Shown here: piece by piece, positions 32,777-42,674 of the stretch
Layout: each line of letters opens with the position of its first letter
How positions within the stretch are numbered: position 1 is the first letter of the stretch
Origin: an uncultured Planctomycetaceae bacterium
Lineage (GTDB): Bacteria > Planctomycetota > Planctomycetia > Planctomycetales > Planctomycetaceae
Assembly (NCBI GenBank): GCA_963813715.1
Contig: CAWFAK010000007.1
Location: forward strand, 288,001-352,000
Length of the DNA stretch: 64,000 nucleotides
Direction of reading: 5' to 3'
Made by a program: the position numbers and the translations under genes
The notes under the pieces: model-generated
Database searches by the model: none
What the model saw: only the letters and a program-made list of their open reading frames with translations
What the model was told of the DNA's origin: nothing

Positions 32777-34127
32777 TGTATAGACCGGACACATAGGTAA
32801 CAGTCGTTCGGACACATAGGTAACACTTTTTGTAGGCTGAGGTCTTCCTTTCCAGGAGGGAGACGGATGCCGTGGCAGGAGTGTGACGTTGTGTCGATGC
32901 GGGAAGAGTTTTGCCGTTTGGCGTCGTCGCCAATTCGAAGGTCGCTGTGCTGTGCAGGCGGTTTGGGATTTCGCGGAAGACGGGTTACAAGTGGTTAGGC
33001 CGAGTTCGGTTGGGCGAACCGTGCGTGGATCGTTCGCGTCGTCCTCGGCATTTTCGCGAGCCGACGAGCGCGGCCATTGAGGCGGAGGTGCTGGAGCTGC
33101 GGGATCGGCACCCGGTTTGGGGAGGTCGCAAGCTGCGAGCCCGTCTGTTGGCCCTGGGGCGTCAAGCGGTCCCGGCCGCCAGCACGATCACGGCGATTTT
33201 GCGTCGTCATGGTCGCATCGAGCAGGAGGAGTCACTTCGGCGTGCCCCCGTGCAGCGGTTCGAGCGGGAGGTGCCCAACGAGCTGTGGCAGATGGATTTC
33301 AAGGGCGATTTCCGCATGGTCGACGGTCGTCGCTGCCACCCGTTGACGATCACAGACGATCACTCGCGCTACTCCTTGGGGCTGCGGGCCTGTTTGAACC
33401 AGCGATCCGAGACCGTTCGGGAGAGTCTGCAGGGCGTCTTTCGACGTTACGGCCTTCCCTGGTCGATGTTGATGGACAACGGGACGCCCTGGGCGGTCAC
33501 CCACCGTCGCGGAGGTTACACGAAGCTGTCGGTCTGGTTGTTGCGACACAACATTCGCGTGATCCATGGCCGCCCTTACCACCCCGAGACGCAAGGGAAG
33601 GAAGAGCGATTTCACCGCACGCTGCAGGCGGAAGTGTTGCGCGGCCGGGCCTTCGCGAACTCTGGGGAGGTGCAGCGGGAGTTCGATCGTTGGCGTCAGA
33701 CGTATAACCACGAGCGTCCTCACGAGGCCTTGGGGCTGAGAGTGCCTGGTAGTCGTTACGTGGTCAGCCGACGTGAGTTTCCGGAGCATCTTCCGCCGAT
33801 CGAATACGACGAGGGAGACGAAGTCCGCAAGGTGAATCCCGTGGGGCAACTGAGTTTTCGAGGACAAGTGATCAAGATCAGCGAGGCGTTCTCGGGCGAA
33901 GCCGTCGCTCTTCGGCCGACGACGACCGAGGGAGTCTGGCAGGTGTTTTATTGCTGGCAGAAGATTGCCCGCATTGATCTGCGAGACCGGAACGCGGAGG
34001 GGACGTGATTTTCCGACGCGAGGAAGGCAAAGCCTGCATTCGCTACGCTCACGCAGCCTTTGCCTTCCCCGCCAAACCTGTTACCCATGTGTCCGAACAC
34101 TTGTCACCCATGTGTCCGGTCTCAACA
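32777..34127 (+). mobile_element. IS481-family insertion sequence
   Basis: TGT...ACA ends; IRL TGTATAGACCGGACACATAGGTAACA vs IRR (reverse complement) TGTTGAGACCGGACACATGGGTGACA; repeated subterminal motif; flanking direct repeat CTGCCAG at 32770-32776 and 34128-34134. Confidence 0.92.
32867..34008 (+). CDS. IS481-family DDE transposase (apparent frameshift near 32930)
   Basis: AGGAGG RBS, MPWQECDVVSMREEF; HTH CRRFGISRKTGYKW; DDE motifs WQMDFKG, MDNG, GKEERFHRTL. Confidence 0.92.
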
Positions 34128-34167
34128 CTGCCAGCTTGCCCGCTTCGTTGCCGGTGAAGGGATCCCC

Positions 34168-34258
34168 GCCGGTGGTAGGGATCCGTTTTCACTAAGGGGG
34201 AAAAGGATCCCCAGCAGCCGGAACGGGACTCGAGGACGGGACGGGACACGTTGTTTCA
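34168..34258 (+). repeat. About 92-bp direct repeat, copy 2
   Basis: Matches 32630-32722 with scattered substitutions. Confidence 0.8.
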
Positions 34259-34330
34259 TCGAGAAATGCCCGAAGAAATTGGCCGTCACCCCTGGCCACA
34301 CCCAGCGTTCTCGGCGCAATGAGCGAAAGG

Positions 34331-34468
34331 CTCCCCCTCACCCCCCGGCCCCTCTCGCGCGCAGCGGGGGAGAGGGGAGAAGGCGAATCAGATCGAAGAC
34401 CACTGGCGGGCAAGCCGCCAGTGCCACCCGTTTCGCACCCACTGGCGGGCGAGCCGCCAGTGCCACCC
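34331..34468. repeat. Cluster of REP-like palindromes
   Basis: CCCCTCACCCC..CCCCTCTC...GAGAGGGG element and two tandem CACTGGCGGGCRAGCCGCCAGTGCCACCC copies (34401-34429, 34440-34468). Confidence 0.75.
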
Positions 34469-34478
34469 GCCGCGGGAT

Positions 34479-36155
34479 CTAGCGTGCCATCGAATCCCGG
34501 TCTGGCCGCCCCGGGTCCAGGGGCATTGCCCCTGGGGGCCCGCGTCTGGGACGCGGTGGCCGATTGCGGACTTGGGCTACGCCCCAGTAGCCGCCGATGA
34601 GGTGGGGGAACTTGCCGGGGGTCACGTGGTAGTGCCAGCCGCGGGCTTCGTCGTGGTGGACGTTGAAGGCGTTGAGCGGGTTCTTGGTTGAATCCTTGGC
34701 CAGCTCGCCGGCCGACTCGTAGGGGCCGTAGATTGGAAAGCCGTCGAAGGCGAAGCCGATCAGCGGCGAGTGGGCGGTGCCGTCGTCGGTCCAGGGCGAT
34801 TTCACGCACGCCGGGTACTTGTGGTAGTGGTACTCGAAGCCGGGACTCGGGTGGCCGCAGCAGCGGTCGAGCCGCCAGATCGCTTCAACCGAGTCGGCGT
34901 CGAACGGGTTGAAGAAGATCACGCCGTTCGTGGCGATGCCGATCGGGCCGCCGGGGAGGGCCCGGTTTTCGTTGTGCGGGTCGATGGCGACGTGGTTCGG
35001 ATTGACCTGCGGCTCGAGCGGAATTCGCCAGACCTGCCGCTGCTCCTGAATGTAGTTGGGATTGCCGTCGAGCGCCCGCCAGCGATCGGGAAAGACGGCC
35101 GTCGGATGGTTCGGCAAGTTGTGCGACCGCACGATCAATTCGGTCTTGGTGAACTCGAGCGTGACGTTGTCCGGCACCAGGCGGTCTTTGGTGACGAGCT
35201 TGCCCTCCAGGTCGAGCCAGCCCTTCCGCAGCCAGGCCTGCATGTTGTCGGCAAACGGCGCCTCGAACCGATCGGTGCGGTAATAGAGCCGGTCGGCGTT
35301 GGAGAAATCGAAATGGGTCGGCGGCGCGGCTGACCGGCTGTGGGCTGCATGCTCGGCGTCGGTCCCGCGCGGATCGTAGTACCAGCGGCCGCCCAGCGGA
35401 ATCAGCGAGTCGGCCGCCGGCTCGGGGAGCTGCGACTCGTTCTTGGCCTTCGATTCGTTCTTTGCCTTCATGCGGGCGACGTAATCGTCCGGATCGGGAA
35501 TGCGGACCAGCTCGAATTCGTTGATCCAGAACTCGGCCTGCTTCGACTTGCCGCTGCCGTGCCCGAAGCCGGCCGTCAGCTCGAGCGTATCGACCTCGGG
35601 GAACGGCGTGCGAAAGACCAGCTCGTAACTTTGCCAGGTTCCGACACCCAGCCGAGCGTTCGTTTGCGAATCGCGAAAGTCTTCACGCTCCTTTTCGACC
35701 TGGGGATAAATCCACTTCTTGATCGAGTCGAGCGAATTGGTGCCGCCGTCGCGAAAGAATTCGACCTTGAGATACAGATCGTCGCGCTGGACGTGAAAGC
35801 CGTCCTGCGCCAGGCCACGGATGCGAAAGCGGTACCAGCGGCCGCCGGTGGCGGAGATATTCGTCACCGTCTCCCGCACCGAGCCGGAGCGCAGATGTCC
35901 TTTCGCGCCATCCGCGCTCGCGAGGAATCGCACTCCGCGTCCGGCCTGCTCGGAGTGCGCGTCCGGGAAGGCACCGTAGACCGCGTCGCCTTCGACTGTG
36001 AAGCTCTTCGACGCCGTTCCCTTTTCGTCGAACCGCGGATGAGCGTTGATTGCCCGGTCGTGCATCGGTGCCGCCAGGGCAGATGGCAGCAGGATGCACG
36101 CCGAGACAATCAACGACAAGGCAATCAACGACAAGGAGCACGCCCGCACGATCAC
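34479..36155 (-). CDS. Secreted YHYH-domain protein
   Basis: Signal peptide; GIATNGV, CCGHP, EYHYH, HSPLIGFAFDGFPIYG, WHYH. Confidence 0.88.
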   Translation of the reverse strand: MIVRACSLSLIALSLIVSACILLPSALAAPMHDRAINAHPRFDEKGTASKSFTVEGDAVYGAFPDAHSEQAGRGVRFLASADGAKGHLRSGSVRETVTNISATGGRWYRFRIRGLAQDGFHVQRDDLYLKVEFFRDGGTNSLDSIKKWIYPQVEKEREDFRDSQTNARLGVGTWQSYELVFRTPFPEVDTLELTAGFGHGSGKSKQAEFWINEFELVRIPDPDDYVARMKAKNESKAKNESQLPEPAADSLIPLGGRWYYDPRGTDAEHAAHSRSAAPPTHFDFSNADRLYYRTDRFEAPFADNMQAWLRKGWLDLEGKLVTKDRLVPDNVTLEFTKTELIVRSHNLPNHPTAVFPDRWRALDGNPNYIQEQRQVWRIPLEPQVNPNHVAIDPHNENRALPGGPIGIATNGVIFFNPFDADSVEAIWRLDRCCGHPSPGFEYHYHKYPACVKSPWTDDGTAHSPLIGFAFDGFPIYGPYESAGELAKDSTKNPLNAFNVHHDEARGWHYHVTPGKFPHLIGGYWGVAQVRNRPPRPRRGPPGAMPLDPGRPDRDSMAR

Positions 36156-36212
36156 CGTTTCACTCCGGAAGTCGATGCCAATAACAGCGCCGGACTTGCT
36201 CGCCGGGCGATC

Positions 36213-37033
36213 TTACTCTGGTGCCGGACGGTCGGGACGTTGGGGACGATTCGAGTCGCCGTCCTGCGGTCCGCCACCCGGGCCGCCATCGCCGCCCGGG
36301 CCGCCGGGGCCACCAGGTCCGCCCGGACCGCCGCCCGGGCCACCCGCGCCGCCGCGTCCGCCCCGAGCGCCGCGTGGCGCATGTCGAATAAAGTCCTTTG
36401 CGAACTTGGTCAACTCGGCTCGGCTGAGCTTGCCGTCGCCGTCGGCATCGAAGGACATCGCGTGCGCGACGAGTCCGTCCACGGTCGGCGGTCCGCCTTG
36501 GCGTCCGCCGCGACCGCGACGACCACCCTGCCCCCCATTACCGGGTCCACCGCCACCCGGGCCACCCGGCCCACCTGCGCCGTCCGGACCGCCGGGGCCG
36601 GCACCGCCCGGTCCGCCGCGATCTTCTCCAGGCCCGCCGCCGGGACCATCCGGTGGTCCGCCCGGTCCGCCTTCGGCCTGCGGGCCGCGCCCGAATTGTC
36701 CGCCGCGACGACCGCCTCCGGACCGCCGGGTCCGCCCTGGGGATGCAATTCGTCCTCGGTCAGCTTGCCGTCGCCGTTCTTGTCGAGCTTCTTGAGCGCG
36801 GCCGGTGCATTGGCGATTTCTTCGGCCGAAAGCTCGCCGTCGTGATTCGTATCCAAAACTTCCATCAGCGGATTGCGGGGCGGGCCACGACGGCGTCCTC
36901 CGCCCCCCTCATCGGGCGGACCCTGACGCTCGTTGTCGTCACCGCCTCGCGGCGGGCCCTCCGGCGGCTGCGCGACGACGGCCGCCGCGCCCAAAACGCA
37001 GAGCACTCCAACCAGCCAAAACGTGCGACGCAT
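36213..37033 (-). CDS. Secreted EF-hand protein with Gly/Pro-rich repeats (apparent frameshifts)
   Basis: DTNHDGELSAEE, DKNGDGKLTEDE and DADGDGKLSRAE loops; GGPGG repeats. Confidence 0.82.
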
Positions 37034-37078
37034 GAGGTTTCTCCGAAAGCGTGCGTCCGCGGGGACGTGGCACGAAGC

Positions 37079-38416
37079 TCACTTTCCCGCGGCAACGCAA
37101 TAGAGGGCCAGGTTCGACCGCAAAAACAACTCGTTGTTACTGATTGCCGGCGTGGCGTTGAAGTCGGTGTCGTCGGCAGGAAACCGGTTCTGAGCGACGA
37201 TCTTGAACTCGGGCTTTGCCGGCAGCACGAGCGTGCCGTCCCAGCGGGTCACCGCCAGGATTTTGTCGCCGGCCAAAACGGGCGACGCATAAACGGGGCG
37301 TCCCCCCGTCTGCAATCCGGGCACCCGCTGCCGATACTTCACCTCGCCGGAGTTGGCATCCATGCACCAGGCCAGCCCCCGGTCGTCGACCCAATACAAA
37401 TGACTGTCGTAGAGCAAGGGCGTCGAGACGTAGGAACTGTTGCGGCTCGTCCAGAGGACGTTCGACGCGGTGACGTCTCCCTTCCCTCCCGCGCGAATGG
37501 CACAACTTCCCGACGAACGCACGCCGCCGAAGACGAAGACCCGGTCACCATCAACGACGGGACTCGGACAGATGTTGCCGATCAGCTGCGTCTCGACGCG
37601 CCAGCGAAGCTTGCCACGATTCGGATCGAGCCCCCACACCTCGCCGGGCACGGCAAGCACCAGGTCGCTCTTGCCTCCCTTGGTGACGAGGGCCGGCGTG
37701 TCGTAGGCCAGTTCGAGCAGCTTGGCCTCGCTCTTCCAGAGCTGCTTGCCCGTCCGCTTATCGAACGCGCGGAGCGAATTGCTCTCTTCGGAGGCGTTCA
37801 CGATCAGGGCGTCGTCGCACAGGATCAGGCTGGCGGCCGAGCCCCAGCGGCGATCGCTCGACTCGTTGCCGACATGCGCACTCCACAGCTTCTTCCCCTC
37901 GAGGTCGAAGGCAAACACGCCCGACTTGCCGAAAAAGACGTACACGCGCTCGCCGTCGCTCGTCGGCGTGTTGCTGGCGTAGCCGTGCTCGGTGAGGTAG
38001 CCGTTGAAGTCGTCCTCGGGCGAACCGCCGTCGATCATGCGGGTCCACTGGATCTGTCCCGTCTGGCGATCGACACAGACCAGGTGTCGCCGCAACCCGT
38101 CGACGCGGCCCGCTCCGCGCTCGCCCGTGCCGTAGCCGGAGTAGCACGTGACGAAGACGCGCGAGCCGACGACGATCGGGCTGGACGACCCAAATCCTGG
38201 CAGTTTGGCCTTCCAGCGCAGGTTCTCCGATTCGCTCCAAGTCGTCGGCAGGTGAGAGTCGCTGATTCCCGAGCCGTTGGGACCGCGAAACCGCAACCAA
38301 TCGTCGCCGCGAACCGAGCCAACCCCGGCAAACAGGGCAATCGACGCCAGCGCGGCCCAGCCGGCCAACCCTGCGGCACCCACCCTGGTTCGGCTATGAT
38401 TAACGGGATTCATCAT
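37079..38416 (-). CDS. PQQ-like beta-propeller (BamB-like) secreted protein
   Basis: DWLRFRGPNGSG, SSPIV, ASNTP and ATPAI repeats typical of this planctomycete family. Confidence 0.9.
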   Translation of the reverse strand: MMNPVNHSRTRVGAAGLAGWAALASIALFAGVGSVRGDDWLRFRGPNGSGISDSHLPTTWSESENLRWKAKLPGFGSSSPIVVGSRVFVTCYSGYGTGERGAGRVDGLRRHLVCVDRQTGQIQWTRMIDGGSPEDDFNGYLTEHGYASNTPTSDGERVYVFFGKSGVFAFDLEGKKLWSAHVGNESSDRRWGSAASLILCDDALIVNASEESNSLRAFDKRTGKQLWKSEAKLLELAYDTPALVTKGGKSDLVLAVPGEVWGLDPNRGKLRWRVETQLIGNICPSPVVDGDRVFVFGGVRSSGSCAIRAGGKGDVTASNVLWTSRNSSYVSTPLLYDSHLYWVDDRGLAWCMDANSGEVKYRQRVPGLQTGGRPVYASPVLAGDKILAVTRWDGTLVLPAKPEFKIVAQNRFPADDTDFNATPAISNNELFLRSNLALYCVAAGK

Positions 38417-38593
38417 TGTCCGCAGTCTGTTGTGCGTGGCGATCGATTCAAGGGAAGTAACGGAAACCGGTCGACCGCGTCCACGCCCCGCGACGAAGTG
38501 TGTGCCGATTCCGCCGAAAAAGGACGCTGGACGCCGCTTTTCGGCAGGGTTGTGGAGAACGGCAGTCGTTTCTCGTTAAAGAACAGGTGAGTG

Positions 38594-39259
38594 ATGACGG
38601 GCAGACCCTCGGCGCCGGCTGACGAGCAAGCGCTCGTGCTTCGCCTGCGAGAGGGCGACCCGGAGGCGTTGGCCGAGCTGTTCAGCCTGCATCGGGAGCG
38701 GATTTGGCGGATGATCCGTTTCCGCATGGACCGCCGGCTGGTCCGCCCGAATTGACCCCGACGACGTTTTGCAGGAATCGTTCCTTGCCGCCCGGCGCGG
38801 ATCGACAACTTTCTGGCCGAGCCGCACGGCTCGTTCTTCGTCTGGTTGCGGCTGATCGCCCTGCAAACGTTGTTCGACCAGCATCGCCACCATATCGGGG
38901 CCGAGATGCGAAACGCCGGGCGGGACGTGCAACTGGGCGACCGGCCCGACTCGGCCAACACGTCGCTCTGCCTGGCCGCCCAACTGGCCGGAACGATCAC
39001 GTCTCCCAGCGAGGCGGTCGCCGGACTCGAAATGATGCAGCGGCTGGAGCAGGCGATCCGCACGATGGCCGCCCTCGATCAGGAAATCATCGCCATGCGG
39101 CACTTCGAGGATTTGACCAACATCGAGTCGGCCGAGGCCCTGGGCATCAGCCCGACGGCGGCCAGCAACCGCTACGTGCGGGCCATCGCGCGGCTCAAGG
39201 AAATCCTCACGTCGTTCGGCGAGTCCAACTTCGGCGTTCCGGGCAAAAAGTCGTCTTAG
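38594..39259 (+). CDS. ECF sigma factor (apparent frameshifts near 38745 and 38795)
   Basis: GDPEALAELF..HRERI, DPDDVLQE, FFVWLRLIA (sigma2); EIIAMRHFEDL..AEALGIS..AASNRYVRA (sigma4). Confidence 0.88.
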
Positions 39260-39267
39260 GTCCGAGC

Positions 39268-42200
39268 ATGCTCGCCCCCCAACCCGACAGCAATCCGCTC
39301 GAAGCGCTCGCCGCCGACTTCATGGAGCGCCAGCGGCGGGGCGAAATGCCGTCCGTCGAAGAGTACGCGGCCGATCATCCCGAGCTGGCGGACGAAATCC
39401 GCGACTTGTTTCCGACGATCGCTGCGCTGGAGAAAGTGCGGGCGGGCCAGGAAAGCGAAGATTCGCGACGACCGCCCGGCGCGACGCGGCTACAACGCCT
39501 GGGCGACTTCCGCATCCTGCGAGAGATCGGCCGCGGCGGCATGGGCATCGTCTACGAGGCCATGCAGGAGTCGCTTGGCCGTCGCGTGGCGGTGAAAGTG
39601 CTGGCTCGTCACTCGCGGCTCGACGATTCGCACCGCCGGCGATTCCTCCGCGAAGCGCGGACGGCCGGCCGCCTGCACCATACGAACATCGTGCCGATTC
39701 TGGGCGTCGGCGAGCAGGACGGCCTCGACTATTTCGTGATGCAATATATCGAGGGGGTGGGGCTCGACTCAGTCATCGGCCGGCTCCGGAGAACGAGCGG
39801 CACGAATCCTGAGTCGCTGCGGCTCTCGTCGTATTGGCAAGCAGGCGATACCGACGGCAGAATCTCGGCACCGACGCAGCGAGTCGAATCCGTCGCCAAA
39901 GCCGCGTCCGGCAATGGTGTCGCAAACAAAGCGGCAACCAGCGCGGACTTCAGTCTCTCTGACGACGCCGTGCCGCCGACCCCGGGCTCGCAGCCGCAGT
40001 TGGCTGACAACGCGCCGCCGGCCGTCGGTTCGGGGAGTGGTTCCCAGCTCGCCGGGACGCAGCCGTTGCGGCAAATCTGTCGCACGTATTGGCAGGACGT
40101 GGCCTTTGTCGGCCTGCAGGTGGCGCAGGCCCTCGAATATGCGCACAGCCAGGGAACGTTGCATCGCGACGTGAAGCCGGGCAATTTGTTGCTCGACGCC
40201 CAGGGCACAACCTGGGTGGCCGACTTCGGACTGGCCAAAGCCACCGATCAGGATGTCGTCAGCCGCACGGGGGACGTTCTGGGCACCCTGCTCTACATGG
40301 CTCCGGAACAGTGGCGGGGAACGGCCGACGCCCGCAGCGACATCTACAGCCTGGGCGTGACGCTCTACGAGTTGGCGACGCTGCGCGTGCCGCTGCAAGT
40401 TCACGACCGGGTGAAGTCGCTGGGCCGAGTGAGCCCGACCTCGGCCATCACGGCTCCGCGAAAGCTCTGTCCGTCGCTGCCGGTCGACCTGGAAACGATC
40501 GTGATGAAGGCGATGGCCGAAGAGCCCGCACACCGCTATCAAACAGCCGGCGAACTGGCGGCCGATCTCGCGCGATTCCTGCAGGACCAACCGATTTCCG
40601 TCAGCCGGCCCAGCGTGTGGGAACGCTGGCGGCGCTGGCGGCGGCGGAACCCGGCCGCTGCCTACTTTTCGACGGCCGCAGCGGCACTGCTGATCCTCGT
40701 CGTCGTCGTGACGTCGGTCGCCTACGTGAAGACGCGCGTGGCGCTGGCCGACGCCTCGCAAGCCAACGAGGCGCGGGGCCACGCCCTCGCCAACGAAAAG
40801 CTCGAGCGCGAGCGGGCCGAGTCGATGCTCACGACATCGCTGGCCGCCCTCGACAATGTCTTCGATCGGCTTGTTCCGGATCAACGCGACCAGGGGCGTG
40901 CCCTGACTGTCGCCGGCCAGGACCAGCCCACGCCGACGGCCGCCGCATCTCCGGAATCGGCCGCGCTGCTCGAAGAGCTGCTCAAAGTTTACGATCAGCT
41001 CGCGGCAGGACAGACCACGCAGGCGCGGCTCGGCGTCGAGTCGGCGCGAGCCACTCGACGGATCGGCGACATCTACACGCGGCTGGGTGACCTGCCCCGC
41101 GCCGACACCGCCTATCAACAGTCGATCGACAAATACCAGGCGCTGGCGGCCGGCGGGACCGATCCCAAACTCCAGCTCGAAATCGCGCGGTTGCACAACG
41201 ATCTCGGCGCGATCTACGACCGCCAACGAACGAAGGAGAAGTCTCGCCGCGAGTTCACGATGGCCCTCTCGATTCTCCAGCCGCAACTGGCCAGCCCGTC
41301 CTCGGCGGCCGAACGGTTCGAGGCGGCACGGACACACTTCCTGCTGGGACGCGGGTCCGACCCGCAAGGCGAACCGGAACCCCCCAAGGGCGGACCGCAT
41401 CACCATCCCGGTGACGGTCCGCCGCACCATCCTGGTGACGATGGACCGCCCGGTGAGCATCACCGCCCGCCGCCCGGCGAACCTGGCGACGGTCCTCACG
41501 GTGATGGCCCTCCGGATCACGGGCCGCCTGATGACGGACTGCGCGGTGACGGCCCACCTGGTGACAGGCCGCCGGGCGACTGGGACGGCGGACCACCGCC
41601 GGATGATGGTCCGCGTCGCCGTCCGGGGCATCGTCCGCCGCCGCGTGACGGACGTCCCGACGCTCCACCCGACGACGATCCCGGACCGCCGCCCGAGGAA
41701 CGAGGCGAAGGCCCGGATCGATCGCACAACCGACATCACGATGCACCGCCGCCGCGCAAGGCCGACGCGAAGGAACTCGGCTTGGCCATCGGTTTGCTCG
41801 ATCCGCTCATCAAGAGCGATCCGCGGAATCCGGCGTATCGTTACCTGCTTGCCCAGTGTTACCGGGAGCAGGCCGATCCTCGCGCGGCTTCGTCGAGCGA
41901 AGTCGACAAGGCGGAGCAGTTGCTGACCGCGCTCGTCAAAGAACATCCGGATGTGGCCGATTACCACTTCGCGCTGGCCGACACATACGCCATGTCGGAT
42001 ATTCGCTCGCTCTACCCCAAGGACTTTCCGCAGGCCGAGAAGAACTTGCGGGCGGCGCTCGACCAAAGCACCGCGCTCGTCGATCGCAATCCCTACGCGA
42101 CCGACTATGCCGCGCTGCACGTGCACATTCTGCACAAACTGGCGGGCATCTTGCGGCAAAGCCCTCCCGAGCGTGCCGGCTCACCAACCACCGTCGACGA

Positions 42201-42630
42201 GATCGGCCGACTTTACCAGGAAGCCGTTCGTCGACAGGCGAGCCTCGTGCAGCGATTCCCCGGCAACCTCGGTTACCTGTTCTGGCTTGGGAAAATCCGC
42301 ATGTCGCTCGGCGAGTTCTGGCTCGAACGCCACAATCCGCAGGAAGCCCGCAAAGTCTTCGAGACGGCCATCGCCGATGTCACCCCGGCCTACACGGGCA
42401 AAATCGCGACAGGTCTGCTCGGCGACGTGTTGCGGAGTCTCTACGATCGGCTGGGCGAATCGCTCCAGGATCTGGGCGATGAACCCGGATCCCGCACAGC
42501 CCACGAAAAAGCCCGAAAGATCGGCCCACCCGGTCACGGCCCTGGCGAGGGACCCGGTCCTGGCGGCGACCATTTTGGGCCGCCCGGCCACCGTCGTGGA
42601 CCGCCTCCCCCGCCCAACGGCGAAGGATGA
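39268..42630 (+). CDS. Membrane Ser/Thr protein kinase with TPR-like and Pro/Gly/His/Asp-rich C-terminal region
   Basis: IGRGGMGIVY, VAVK, HRDVKPGN, DFG, GTLLYMAPE, one TM helix; ATG 39268 follows the sigma stop. Confidence 0.93.
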   Translation: MLAPQPDSNPLEALAADFMERQRRGEMPSVEEYAADHPELADEIRDLFPTIAALEKVRAGQESEDSRRPPGATRLQRLGDFRILREIGRGGMGIVYEAMQESLGRRVAVKVLARHSRLDDSHRRRFLREARTAGRLHHTNIVPILGVGEQDGLDYFVMQYIEGVGLDSVIGRLRRTSGTNPESLRLSSYWQAGDTDGRISAPTQRVESVAKAASGNGVANKAATSADFSLSDDAVPPTPGSQPQLADNAPPAVGSGSGSQLAGTQPLRQICRTYWQDVAFVGLQVAQALEYAHSQGTLHRDVKPGNLLLDAQGTTWVADFGLAKATDQDVVSRTGDVLGTLLYMAPEQWRGTADARSDIYSLGVTLYELATLRVPLQVHDRVKSLGRVSPTSAITAPRKLCPSLPVDLETIVMKAMAEEPAHRYQTAGELAADLARFLQDQPISVSRPSVWERWRRWRRRNPAAAYFSTAAAALLILVVVVTSVAYVKTRVALADASQANEARGHALANEKLERERAESMLTTSLAALDNVFDRLVPDQRDQGRALTVAGQDQPTPTAAASPESAALLEELLKVYDQLAAGQTTQARLGVESARATRRIGDIYTRLGDLPRADTAYQQSIDKYQALAAGGTDPKLQLEIARLHNDLGAIYDRQRTKEKSRREFTMALSILQPQLASPSSAAERFEAARTHFLLGRGSDPQGEPEPPKGGPHHHPGDGPPHHPGDDGPPGEHHRPPPGEPGDGPHGDGPPDHGPPDDGLRGDGPPGDRPPGDWDGGPPPDDGPRRRPGHRPPPRDGRPDAPPDDDPGPPPEERGEGPDRSHNRHHDAPPPRKADAKELGLAIGLLDPLIKSDPRNPAYRYLLAQCYREQADPRAASSSEVDKAEQLLTALVKEHPDVADYHFALADTYAMSDIRSLYPKDFPQAEKNLRAALDQSTALVDRNPYATDYAALHVHILHKLAGILRQSPPERAGSPTTVDEIGRLYQEAVRRQASLVQRFPGNLGYLFWLGKIRMSLGEFWLERHNPQEARKVFETAIADVTPAYTGKIATGLLGDVLRSLYDRLGESLQDLGDEPGSRTAHEKARKIGPPGHGPGEGPGPGGDHFGPPGHRRGPPPPPNGEG

Positions 42631-42674
42631 CTGCGACGGATAACGTCCGAGCCATAACACGCCGCACGCGGTCG

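Noticed and set aside
32900..32945. Programmed frameshift in the transposase
   Set aside because: No clear slippery heptamer; IS481 transposases are normally a single ORF; indels are common throughout this sequence.
32500..34470. CRISPR array
   Set aside because: The repeats have no regular repeat-spacer period and no cas genes are present in the window.
38704..39267. N-terminal extension of the kinase (1308-aa ORF) or a sigma-kinase fusion
   Set aside because: This stretch encodes the ECF sigma in another frame with its own stop at 39259; the kinase starts at ATG 39268.
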